A stretch of 62,142 nucleotides of DNA, filler included, from Choristocarpus tenellus KU-1152 (taxonomy: Eukaryota > Protista > Phaeophyceae), in NCBI GenBank assembly GCA_964200185.2. It is 9 parts of 9 records of this genome, joined end to end, with 100 filler letters (N's around TTAATTAATTAA, not from the genome) between each part and the next. Parts side by side here need not be neighbours in the genome. Positions count along the whole stretch, not along the records: positions 33,601 to 57,343 come from CAXNAD020000236.1; 8 more parts are not named here. The stretch is one strand, 5' to 3'. Below, piece by piece: positions 37,850-49,936 of this stretch. Numbering within the stretch: the stretch's first letter is position 1; every line of letters begins with the position of its first letter. The notes under the pieces are model-generated. The model was not told the DNA's origin and did not search any database. It saw only the letters and a program-made list of their open reading frames with translations. Made by a program: the position numbers and the translations under genes.

Positions 37850-39900
37850 TTGGTTAAGCTTGTGCTCCATCCCTCAACGGTTGTCCCAAACTTCTCCAGG
37901 TCGTCTTGTGGGCACATCCATCAGTTCTCATTCTGCAATCATGCATCCGTTTTCCATCTCTAAGTTCCCCAAACATAAGCACCTTACTTAGGAGGTCACT
38001 CTTCCCCCTTGTGTGGAAATGACCCTGTGAATAGAAGTTCTCCATTTTCTCACAAGTCACATTGATACTCTCACATCCGATCTTCACAAGGCCATCCTTT
38101 GTAGGACAGTACGTAATTTATGTGTTCTCGTTTGGGGAAATCCGATGCAACATGGAATTCGTGGTGATGGGAACAAGCTTCATATGGTGGACCTGGCGGA
38201 GTGCCCATGAAATACAACTACTACTCTGGAGTATGCAACAGAACCTCAAGTTCTCTAGTCTTAAAAGTAAGATATTACTAGTAAACTTCGTGAGTCAAAT
38301 TATCTTACAAGGTAGAGTCGCGTCCATTTGGGGGCCAAAATCCAATATTGCGATTTTGATGTAATTTTGGCCATCGTGTTTGTCAGGAAGTGCCAATATA
38401 CTTGTTCCAGACGTACTCTTTCAAAACGTAATCATTTTACCTACTCCGAAACATTTCGGAGTAGATAAAATATGGTAAAAACCCGTGGGGAGCCAAGCCC
38501 CAAACAGACAAACAGGGCAAAACTCATACCATCTAAGATACTTCCATTCAAATGATACACCTCAGGTCCTTTCATCAAGTACTTGGACTGTATTTTAGGA
38601 AACAACTCCAAGGTTTCTGGATCCTCCAGCTGATATTTGTGGTTATAACTCAGTTTCAGCACTCATGGTGCCTTCTAGGTAAAGAATCTCCTCAGTATTG
38701 TAGTTCTGGCCCAGCGCCAGGACATCCATGATATCTCTTCAGTTCTTACAGCAGAACCTTGAGCACTTCAGTCTTGAGCGTCTGAACCCTGAGCTACCAA
38801 TTACTGTGCTCCATGAAGCTTCCCATGCCTGTTGGATCTGGTGGTGGATCTCCACGGAGGTATCACCATAATTAATCACTGTTTGAGCCCTCAAGATATT
38901 CAAACTTGTCGATCTCCTATACTCCTGTTCTGTACCATTGATCCCCGTTTCGTATGCCAGCTTGTGGGGATCTCGACGCACATGATCACTTTCTACTCCC
39001 ACGTACTAAGTTCAAATGCCTCCAGGCTCAAAGTATCCCCCCATCATCCATCTGTACATAAGCCCGCATTCCAATATGGAATATAAGAATAGTCAAAATA
39101 ATATTGGTAACATGTTACATGTAATGGTCTTAATGACAGTTCACATAAACATCATAGTTCTAGATATACATTGGAACTTGTTGATATCATATATAATATA
39201 TATATATATTTCATTTTGAGAGTGTACTAATACCCAATATGCCGCTCTGTTATATATCTCGATCAAACCATAAAGTCAACGATCAAGGTGAGAGGTCCAG
39301 TGCATTTGATGATAATTCACAACAGCACCGTCATCGCCTCATCTACCTACAGACTTGAGGGCTGAGGTTACTACCCCATCTGCACTAAGTGTGTGAACAT
39401 GGCGTTTGTAATAGACACACCATCAAGCTTTGTCATAACAAGCCAAAGGAGGGTGCAGTTGACAAAGTCGTATGACTTTTGCAGGCCAATGAAGGATGTC
39501 TACAAGAGACCCTTTTCTAATCGCCCGGGCCTCTGTAAGGAGGCACACATCACGAACACCATGTCACTGGTCATTGCCAAGGTCAGAATATATATCGCTC
39601 TCTGTCTTATGCCCTCCTTCCTGCTCAGCATAGGCTCTGAGGTATCGTGTAACAACTTTAGGGGGCACTCAAAACAGTGCGTGCCACCAATGAAATAGCC
39701 CTGCAGCTGTCACATCCAGCACATTCTTCTTTCCGAGAGTTTTAATAACGACCGCATCCTTTCATCTCCGAGGTACTTTTTCCGACAGTCACACAACACA
39801 GTAAATATTATGTTGTAGAAAATCTGCACAAAAGGGTCCTCATCAAGTCCAGCCTCTAGATTCCAATGGTTGGTCATCCGACCCCGTAGCCTTCTTGTTT
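37850..39900 (-). mobile_element. Decayed RTE-clade-like LINE reverse transcriptase, interrupted by a MITE
   Basis: Minus-strand motifs in order: TSDMVFV...LQRPGR, SFIGLQKSYDFVN (FIDLQKAYDSV-like), INYGDTSVEIHHQIQQAW, VLMFGELRDGKR. Confidence 0.7.
38292..38549 (+). mobile_element. MITE family A
   Basis: GAGTCAAATTATCTTACAAGGTAG ... TACCATCTAAGATACTTCCATTC; TSD not conserved. Confidence 0.88.
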
Positions 39901-40251
39901 GTCAAAGCAGTTCTGGCGCTCTTCAAATCCCCTATCATAGGAACGTAGTTGCTTCCAAATTATTTCCACCCTCGCTCCAGAATCCTGGTCGGACCTCAGT
40001 GCTGGAACGCCATCTCAAGAACAGCCTTCTTCAGTGTTGGGGATGGCAGTAGATCTGATAAACCAGTAACTTAGCATGTAGGTATATATTATTGACGACA
40101 CAACGGTAGTAGTGTTTACATTATCACCCATCACTACTAATACTGCAGAACATGTGAGGTTGTAGGATCAATTGTAGGATTAATAGCATCGATCTACACC
40201 CATAATCGTTTCTTTTGATTCGATGCAAATCGCCAACGAGTCTGATTGTGA

Positions 40252-40431
40252 TTATCAAAGTATCTGGGGGGGGGGTGTCGGCGTCCGTTTTTCACCCTTT
40301 TTCGATTTTCACTTTTCTGGTGTGATTTGGTCGCACGTATTGGATTTGAAATGTCAGCAAAAAAAGGAGTTGTTTGACCGAAACGGACGCCCCCTCACAA
40401 CCCCCCCCCCCACACACAGATACTTTGACCC
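40252..40431. mobile_element. MITE family B-like
   Basis: TCAAAGTATCTGGGGGGG..GGCGTCCGTTT ... AAACGGACGCCCC..CCCCC..CAGATACTTTGACCC. Confidence 0.75.
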
Positions 40432-40809
40432 AGGTCCACGATTGGATGATCCAATCCCCTTTTTGGAGAGGATGCACGATCATGTTTAAAATGAGTAGTC
40501 AATGTTGTTGACGTGCTAGAATCCACACTTTTCAGGTTTGGGACTCATGTAGGTGTAGACTAGGCTGAAAATTGAATTAGTGAGTACAAGAAAACTCCAA
40601 GTTTGTAAATCGTAGAGGTCATACGATAACAAATCTGGGACAAGTTCCACACCATTGTAGTTCATGGATTACTCACACACGGTTTTCCATTTTCAGGATA
40701 TTGATGTGTTGTCCTAGATAGGTGTGTTCTTCCTATTAAGCGGTATACAACACGATTGTAGATGGTTTGACTTTTCCCTTTCCCTGACACTTTGCAGATA
40801 TGTATAGGT

Positions 40810-41112
40810 TAGAACCTCAACATGTTTGCGCTGGAAAGTTATGGGCGCCTTGGTAAGCAAGCAGAAGGTTGTCTGGGTGAGTTGGTTACGCACGTGCTAG
40901 GGGGGAGAGGGGTAGGAGGATACAGCAGGAAAGGAGCTGTCAAATCCCGTCTACGACATATAGTGTCTGTTACAACACAAATAGCTCTATCTAGACGTGT
41001 TATGCGTTTTAAGCTGGAGACACCAGGGACATGTGCAATGAAGGGTTTGTTAGATTCTTGAGATACTTCCCTAGCTCCTCACCCTGGGGTGCAGGACTAA
41101 GCTAGGTTGGAG
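40810..41112 (+). mobile_element. 3' end fragment of a CRE-like (restriction-like endonuclease) non-LTR retrotransposon; inverted second copy at 41480-41713
   Basis: FALESYGRLGKQAEGCLGELVTH...RLRHIVSVTTQIALSRRV resembles the C-terminal (F/L)A.E..G.LG..A...L...ISV..Q segment of RLE-type LINEs. Confidence 0.65.
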
Positions 41113-41713
41113 ACACAGGAGCGCAGTGGTGTAGCATATAGGTGGTAGTAAAATAGCAAATAGATAGAAAAATATTGTTCATATTTACGACAACTACTGT
41201 TACGTTTCCAAGGGCTATTCTGAAATTTTAATGATTTTTCATTGGTTTTACCCATGACACATCTGGAAAATGCCAGAAGAAATATATTATTTTGCCCTCT
41301 AACATCTCACAAATGTGTCAGGGAAAAAGCCAAACCAATATCTCAAGGATCATGGTAAAGTAGCAGTTATCGTAAATGTGAAAGATCTCTCTCCAAAATC
41401 TATTTACTATTTGAGTATCAACTATTATACCCCAACACTCCATTAAAAGCTCGTAATTGCAATGTTATGTATACTGCCATGCCTCCAACTTAGCTTTCCG
41501 CTGCACAACTGGGCGAGGAACTAGGGAACCATCTCAAGAACTTGATAGGCCCCTCCTTGGCCATATCCCTGGTGTCTCCAGGTTAAACGCATGACGTCTT
41601 GAGAGAGTCAGTTGCGCAGTGACATACACTATCTATCGTACACGGGAATTGACAGCCGTTTTCCTCCTATAGCCTGCTATACCTCTCCCCCCTACTGCGT
41701 GTGTACCCAACTC
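40879..41713. repeat. ~835-bp diverged palindrome (fold-back) centred near 41285
   Basis: Arms pair along their length, e.g. CTGGAGACACCAGGGA / TCCCTGGTGTCTCCAG, TTCTTGAGAT..TTCCCTAG / CTAGGGAA..ATCTCAAGAA, AAATAG.AAATAGAT / ATCTATTT.CTATTT, TGACACAT / ATGTGTCA. Confidence 0.88.
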
Positions 41714-42061
41714 ATCTAGAACTACTATAGTTACAGTTTTGTTGAAAACTTTCTACCATAAAAAAAGGTGTTGAGTTTAAAAATAAGTGATGATATAAAT
41801 GACGATGATTGGTTACAACGATACCGCTAGTTGTTCTGTACATATACATATACAATAGTTGTACCGAAAATATTAGGCGCGGCATCCTGCGCACGGATAA
41901 GGTTGAGGCTTGAACTAAAATCTTTATAAATTATATAAGCAATCTTTGCACACGCAAGCAAAAAACGAGAGCTTGTTGAGGCCTTGTCCAGGTTAGTTTA
42001 TATAGACATCAAGCAACACCCAAGAACACATCGTTGTGGTATAATTGCCTTAAGTGAAACT

Positions 42062-44014
42062 ATGAAGGTCGCAGGAGTTACGGTGCTGGCCATGGCTGGC
42101 GTGTCCTCTGCATTCCATGTGCCACTCACTACCCGCACCTCTACGACCCCTGCTAAGCCGACTGCTGTCGCTAAGGCGTCAGTGAGCGAGGAGGTGAGGA
42201 TCCAACAGTAATAGCTTATGCACTTAGGATCGGTTAATGCATTAGTATGTACAGACATCTTGATGAAACCTGTAGTCTCTGACCTGAGCCTGCCGTCGTG
42301 CTTATTTTCATATCCCTTCCTTAACATGTCCTAGACCAGGGAAGCACTGATCGCCATCGGTGGGTATGACGTGGAGACCTTCAACAAGCCTCTCGACCCG
42401 TTTAACTTTGCCCAGTGGGTTGACCCCGTGCAGCTTCGGGAATACGAAGTGGTGGGTACAAACCTTTTGATGTTGGTTTTAGTTTGTGCCTCAGAATATC
42501 CGTAACCTTCTATGAACTCAGTATCTGCCCAGAACAACAGGAAGATGTCTTTGTCCTCTATTGATCTCTCGTTTTTCATATTGCATGATGACCGTCTAAT
42601 GCTAGAGCAGTTGATGTTTCTGTTCGATGAACAGGAGTGATCCTCTAACTTAACGTACGTTTGGGTAATATTCTAGTTACGGTTCACAGAAAGTGCGTGG
42701 ACACAGAATAACTAAGTGCCTGTACCGCCACTATGCCTCACTTTCTGCAGGTGCACTGCCGAGTCGCCATGCTTGCTTTCGTTGGGTTCCTTTTCCCTGG
42801 TAAGTTATCATTGGATGGAAAACGTGGTGTCACAATACCTTCCGGTTTCCCATACTGACTTTCTCTCTCAACGGCAACTACTCCTTGTTTGTACTAAATT
42901 GATATTCACTCACCACTTGCTCATACCCACCCTCATAATATCCATCGATAAATGAAAGGGCAGCTACATGAGAGTTTTGAAGATATGTTTGAATTTGAAA
43001 GGGCTGACATCGCTGTGTGCGTATTCGAAGAGTGGCATATATTTGTGAAACCAAGAATCTACCTCACAAGATGTAGGACCTGCTTGATTTACTAGTGGGT
43101 TCTGTTTCGACGGAGACACTTCGTATATGTTCAGTTAAGACCCCTCCTGTCCTATGTAAGACATACTCTTGACCCTTCTCTTACCAACTCTACAACCTGT
43201 TTTTGTTGTTTTGCAGAGATGTTCTACATGTTTGATTCCACAGACATCACCTCCCCACATGGGTTGGAGGCTATCCAACAGGCGTCTCCCCTTGGAATGG
43301 CCCAGATCATTGGTGCATGTGGGATTGTTGAGGCTAACAAGTGGAAGCATGCACAGTCCGGCTCAACCAAGCCTTTCTATGACCCCTTCATGCTCTGGCC
43401 CAAGACCGAAAAGGAGCAGGAGAAGATGAAGATGAAGGAGCTTAAGAATGGGCGTCTGGCCATGTGAGTGAAGTGAAAAGGTTTAGGTTATGTCATAAGA
43501 GATGCGACAGAGGTTTTATTTGTACTAAACTCCTGTTAAGCTGAAGATACCTCTCTACCTCTGGGCCTGAGCAAGCACACAGATGTTTAATATGAGATCA
43601 AATTTGTACAATATTCAAACTGCTCAATTTAGAGAGCATTTTGTCGGTCACTTTGATGTCTATTGTAGTGTATAAACACTGGTTGCAAGACGTTGATGCA
43701 AAGGATCAGTAACTTATCTTTTCACTCATGCAGCTTAATATCTTGTTAAAATTATCTTGCAACCTATTGTTAGTATGTATGCGTTATTTACCATCACTGT
43801 GTTGCTCCTCGGTTTTATGGTGTTCAGGAACTGTGACTGCAACCTTGCAAATTCGAAAACATCTTGATTCAGTCTCTGGTTGGTACATAAATCCGATCTA
43901 TCAGTTGATTTCTTTTGATACATGCTCTTCCCCAATCACAGGCTTGGGTGGGCATCTTTTGTGTCTGCTGCTCTCATCCCAGGATCTGTCCCGGATGCTC
44001 TCATCCCCTTCTAA
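42062..44014 (+). CDS. Light-harvesting complex protein (fucoxanthin-chlorophyll a/c binding family), plastid precursor, 5 exons
   Basis: Exons 42062-42193, 42335-42451, 42751-42799, 43217-43463 and 43942-44014 are GT-AG with consistent phases. Signal peptide ends VSSA|FHVP. Motifs DPFNFA, REYEVVHCRVAMLAFVG (helix 1), YDPF, ELKNGRLAMLG (helix 3) and C-terminal IPGSVP. Confidence 0.95.
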
Positions 44015-45049
44015 GTGTTTGAGTGGCACAGTATGGCTGGGGGTTGACTATAGCAGGTGTCGGACGTTTTGTTCATATAAATATGGCCACTTTGTGTTGA
44101 CCCTTGTGGCATGCCATTCATCCTTCAACATCTCATCCATTCAACCATTTTCCACCCGATTAATTACATGGCAGTGAAGCTGTTCTGCAGAAGCAGTTAG
44201 CCGGAAAATCTCGTCTTGGCATCATTTGCCCAGCAGGGTGTAAGGGGAAAGAAAAATGAATTTCTCTCTGCGGAGAGGGGGGGTTTGGGAAGAATTTGGT
44301 ATTGAAATTTAGGTCTTCCTTAACACGCCCTTTGACCTCCCATTATGGGACATGTTAGAACAGTTGCCCATATCAATGACACAATTATGATGAGTGATGC
44401 TTGTCTCGCCCACAATGTGTGTCTATATTATTGATCTTAGATAAGGAAAGATTGTCTGTTGTGTATGATACCAAGGATGTGTATGTGGAAGTGGAAAGGT
44501 CTAACATATTTTTGGCACTATGCAGATTTGGATGACAAGGGTCATATAGCATGGGAGGGACCTGTGAAGATTCTGAGCTACTCTGCCCGATAGAAGTGGG
44601 GGAGTGGGGGAACAGGACGATGCATGCTAAGCAACAGTCCTTGGTTAATACTCGATGAAAAGGCATGTCTTGTCTTTATGTATAGAGCACTACTAGTTAA
44701 TCAAAGTTCTTAATCGTTCATTAGTCATGTGATAATCCTCTCTGTGGGTACATTGTAAACCATGTGATAATTGCCACCCTGCTTATGTCTGTGAAGCATT
44801 AAATTCACTCCATCTTGAAAATTCGTAACCCTTCCGTATTTTGAGACTTGATTGGGATTCTGGTCTGTTTCTTGACATGTGCTTGGAATTGAAAAGAGTG
44901 TGCTAGACTATCCATTTTACAGTGCAAGGAAAAATCACAACTCAAGCGATTGAGGAAAGTTAGGTTCACTTTTGTAATTCCCTATGTTTTATTATTAGAC
45001 AGTATTGCTTATCAAAAAGCTACACATGTGGTTGCTGAGTACGAAGAAG

Positions 45050-46165
45050 TTACTCAGCCTCATACAAAGAATGTTCAGCAGTAGTCCGTGCTATTAACCA
45101 CTGCTGTCTGTATCTTTGGGTGTCGACATTTTGATTTATTCGTTGACCATGTGGCACTCCGACATGCAAGATAGAGGATAATATGTTCTGTGAAAATTAT
45201 CGCTCTCCAATGTTTCGACTTTACAGTTCATTATATACAAGGTAGAGATAATGTAGTACCTGATGCACTTTCTCGCCTCTGTGATAATGATATCAAGCAT
45301 ATGCCGAAAGTACTTTGCTCCTACTTGGAGGAAAATTCCAGAAAAAAACATTGTGAAATACTTTACCCCATATCAAGCATTCGAAATATATCCAGATCGC
45401 CTTCATAAATTAGATGTAATTCAGAGTGACCATAACTTTCCGTAGTTCAGTGAACATATTTCCAACTTAGAACCAGAGCAAAATTCGTACAGGACAAATA
45501 AACCAATTTTCTCTTCATTTTATGTACCCAGAAGCCCCAATTCGGTGTCTTCACATCCTTGTGAATCGAGGTATAGCATGTCATATTTTTGTGTTGATGC
45601 TGACATGAACTTTGCCGATAACATTTCCCAGGTCACATACGCAAACACTGTGCTTTTCGTGGTCGATTAGTGGTTCCCAAAGAATTGACATCTCTGGTTT
45701 TACATGCTTGTCACGATCATCCCGCTTTGGTAGGTTATTTCGGTCTTTCTCATACTCTTGACAACGCACAAGACCTGTATTGTGTCCCATATTTTAAAAT
45801 ATGCTCGAGAGAGGTGTGAGAGATGTCAACTTTGCCAAAGACGAAAACCCTCTTACAGACGTCCTACATTGCCTCAAGGACAAATTCCTGCCACCCGACC
45901 ATTCGAACGGCTGTTGATCCTGTACATTATAAGATCATTTCCCGTTGATGCTGGGATGTTCTTTCGGCTATCCGTCAATTGACACCCTGCTTTTCTCATT
46001 CCCATTCCAGACAAACAAGAAGTGACCACAGCGAAAGGTTTGAAATAATATTTTCAATATTTGGGGCACCTGAAATACCTCACTCTGACAAGGGTTCAGA
46101 ATTTGAAAATAAAATTGTTCTGGAATTGCAGTGTTGGAATACCATAAAACTCGTACCATAGATCT
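45050..46165 (+). mobile_element. Decayed Ty3/Gypsy remnant (RNase H end plus integrase)
   Basis: LQCFDFTVHYIQGRDNVVPDALSRL, CQLCQRRK...PQGQIPATRPFERL and FGAPEIPHSDKGSEFEN. Confidence 0.85.
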
Positions 46166-48750
46166 CATTAGATAGATTCATTTTTAGTCTATCCAAAACA
46201 ACAGTTACCCAATCTATCAAGAGTTTACTCAATCAACAGCTGATAATTTACAGTTAACTTTTGAATTAAGCTGTCGCATTCTGGGAGAACGGGACGCTAA
46301 AAAAAATGCTACCAATGAAACTATTGTGTAACTTCATCAGTTGCTTGACCTTCACCTTTACAAAAGAAGATTGGTACATAATTATTAACTGAAACGAAAA
46401 AATATCGATGCACAGGCTTCTAACTATAGTCTGGTAAGCAATAAACCTTCCACAACTCATTCTAACTTACTACACTATACTTCTATACTTGCATCTATAT
46501 TCTATAGAGGAGCAACCTTGGATTCTACATGCACGTGGAGAGTTCTAATCGCTACAAACCGCAGGAAAAAGCATTGTCACCTATAGAGACCAGCTTGGTT
46601 AACTGTCGAGTCATACGCTTCGATATGATCAGAGTTGGGATTTCTATTTCTAGACTTCTACTATTTCAACATGTACCACTAAACTCTAGATCGACTCTGT
46701 ATTCACAAAGCGCCTGTCTTGTCGGAAGTGTTTAAAGGTGAAAACTATTTTACTAGTAGTATTTGTTTACTACTATTTCTGGTAGAGCCTCCAAGTAAGC
46801 CCTGTATGGAATGCACATTGACCTACGCAGGAAGCGAATTAACTGTGAACTTAAACAGACATCAAGTCAAGGGTACAACTGAAGCTGTATTCATGGACCG
46901 GTAAATAATAGTGTACTCATAATTGCAAACACGATGAAAGAAATCAGACATCTAGGCGAACGACAATGTTGGGGAAGGTCAATTGCATTGCATTTCTGAG
47001 GAACAAATCCGCAAACGAAAAAGTGGCTGCTCAAATCTTTCTTACATAATGCACATACAAAATATATGTAAGAAAAACTAGTTGAGGTATGAAGTGGTAC
47101 CAATACATATAATTTTAACCACCACTATTGCGCACTGGGGGGTTTACTATGGCTCTAGTTATGTATGCTCAGCCAAGTGGGCATGACAACCATATGCATC
47201 CCAGCTACCACTCCAGTGATCAGTGTAATTTCGACTGATTAACTGCACGTATCATGAATGATGCGTGTTGAAATTGAAGAGCCATAACAAGGTTGCAGCT
47301 TGATATTTCTTGCAGCATGGTGCTGTTTCTCAGCAACACAAATGCAAGAAAATAAGTAAAAATCAGCTCCCAAATATATAGGTATCTATATCCCAGATAT
47401 TTGATCATCACTTGTAGAGTGAGCTTGTTTTCAAAAGAGGGGGAAAAGGAGACTACAAGCAGTCACCGTCGAAACACAGATACAAATTTAAGAGCCGTTT
47501 ATATCCCAGAGGACATTTTAGTTGTTTCCCTGACTGGATCATTTTTTACAAGCAACGGTACCTCTACTCAAGACTCAAAAATAGTCTTTTAAAAATCGAG
47601 TAATATGACTTTTTGCAACCCTCAACCAAACGAACTGTCATTGGGCGTCCTGCCAGACCTGGAGCTCTTCCCTGCAGAGCAGATGAGGTAGAAAGGGGAG
47701 TAGGGCGGGAGGGGTGCAATGTTGGTAAAAATCGCTTTGTGCTTATGCTCCATTAACTATCTAGTAATAACCCCACAGCTGTGCCACATTCAAGCACCAA
47801 AATATCAGGTAATACAATCAGGTGTAATTCCACATATTACTAGACTTGTTATTACAATCGAACCTTTCAAGTCTCATGTTCATCCTTCAGGGCACCAAAA
47901 ACAATGCATACTTTGATAGGATTTTGAAATGCACCGAATACACAAGGGTGAAATTAGCCATACATTTGGTGCTTCTGTGGAAGGGTGTGTTGATCTGTTG
48001 CTTTAAGAAAACAGGTCATCCACAACAGCACACTACCAAGTCCCAGCATCAGGAAGACCTGTCCTCTCTCGTACCATGCAGTGATGTTGCCTATACAATG
48101 TCAGGTTTTTATCATCTTCAATGACATGGGTATTCTTCACCTAAAGAGACAGCACTAAAAGCCGGAAACATTGACCTGGTTTGATGCAGAACCAAGTGCT
48201 TTAAGCAAAGCAATTAAGGAAGGACTTCGAGATTTCCAGCATTTGATCGCTGCAGCAAAAGAAGATTTAAGTAATTGAGACTGTATTGACGAGATAAAAG
48301 GTGATTAAGTACCAGGCACATCCCTACTCACCAGTAAGTGATCCATACACAATTTTGGCAACCATTTCCACAGCAATCTGCAGCTTCCGGCTCCTGTTTC
48401 CATCAAATTAAATGAACGAGTTGTTAACGAGGTGCGATGTAAGCGATGTTACACATTGCGGCGACAAGCAACTTTGAAGGATCACAGCTCATTGGAGTTG
48501 TGCCACTGGTGCAGTGGGATACATGACAATAGTATGGATAACCAAGGAGTTACCTCCTCAACCTATGGGCTAAAGAAGAATGAATTGAAAACGAGGTCAC
48601 ATTAGGCGTCATCACACAGGGCACATAGAACCAACACTGCGGGCAGTAGACATGGTGCATTAGTTCAGTTTGACCAAGCAATGACAGGAAAAGGATACTG
48701 TGAAACGGACATACATAAATCAGATGCCTGTTGTGCCCACATTGCTTCAC

Positions 48751-49467
48751 CTGCGGCCGATCCTTACGCACTGACAGAGATTTATGTCGAACGGCTATCC
48801 CTTCACCTCCTGCGGGACTGGCAGCAGATACTCCATCGCTTAGTCTGCGCTCTACCTCCGCGAACTCTTCCAGAGCTACCTCCTCGGGTGATTTCAATTT
48901 CCTTTTATCCCCTCCTCCAGCTGCACGTGGCATTTTCATGGACACGGGTGGCGGTGACCAAGAGGCTGCAGAACCCCTAGCTCCAAGCATCGAACGCTCA
49001 AGTGGATGCTCCCCCTTCGTTTGTTGCTCCCCCTCCATTTGTTTCTCCACCACTTGTTCTACTATGCTGACACCTCCCTTTCTCCGAATGGAGCCAAAAC
49101 ACCTCCTCTGAGAGAATGAACCTGCTCCTTGTGCTTCATCGGTGATAAAAAAAACTTTATTATCGTCTCGCAGCACGTCCCCGTCTCGCCTCCCTTCACA
49201 GTCGCCCCCCGCAGCCCCAATACCAGCCATAGTTGCGAAGGAAGCTTTATCTATGAATCCTTGTGCTAGGATCAGGCTATGGGGAAAAAGTACAACGCAG
49301 GGGTCGTTCGACCTTTGGGGACCGCTATGGACAAAGAAGGTTCGAAGAGATTGGTTTGTTTTTACGGAAGGGCGACAACGGCGCCTTTCTCCCAGGGCGA
49401 AGGCAATGCCCTCTCGCAACCCTCCCCAGCACCAACCTCTACAGGCTCGTTGTCCGTACGATTCCAT
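48751..49467 (-). CDS. Hypothetical protein, probable first exon, divergent from the hydroxylase gene
   Basis: GC-rich open frame within ORF 48550-49473, with a plausible donor CAG|GTGAAG at ~48751. ATG candidates at 49467 and 49230. No domain recognised and no downstream exons found. Confidence 0.4.
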
Positions 49468-49936
49468 CGGCACATTTGAGGTTTAGGGAAATGGAGTTTG
49501 AACCTGTTGAGGACACAACTAAATAATTTGGAGTAAGTTGGTTTTGAAAGTTTTGTAAAGAGTTTAGCGTTCAAAGTAATATGTAATACGATACTACATC
49601 ATGCTCAATACAACTAACGTTGTGGTACTAAAGTCTGGAGGTGCTCGTGTGAGGAATGAAGGTCCATCGGACACCAGGGATGGGGGTGACTACTGTGGGG
49701 ATAGCAATCTTGATTCCCAGGGTAGGTCTGTGGTAGATGCTATCTGGGAGGGGATGTTGCTGTCTTATAAACATGACCAATATGCTCGTTGAGGTTGCTG
49801 TACCCTCAGTCTCCAGTTGCTATTCCCATGTATCCCCAATATTTTCCTCCGTGATACTTATGGAAATTTCAACACTGCCGAAACTTCCACCGAAGTTCAC
49901 ATTTTGAACGTGCGATCATGCCCTATGGCGCACTAG

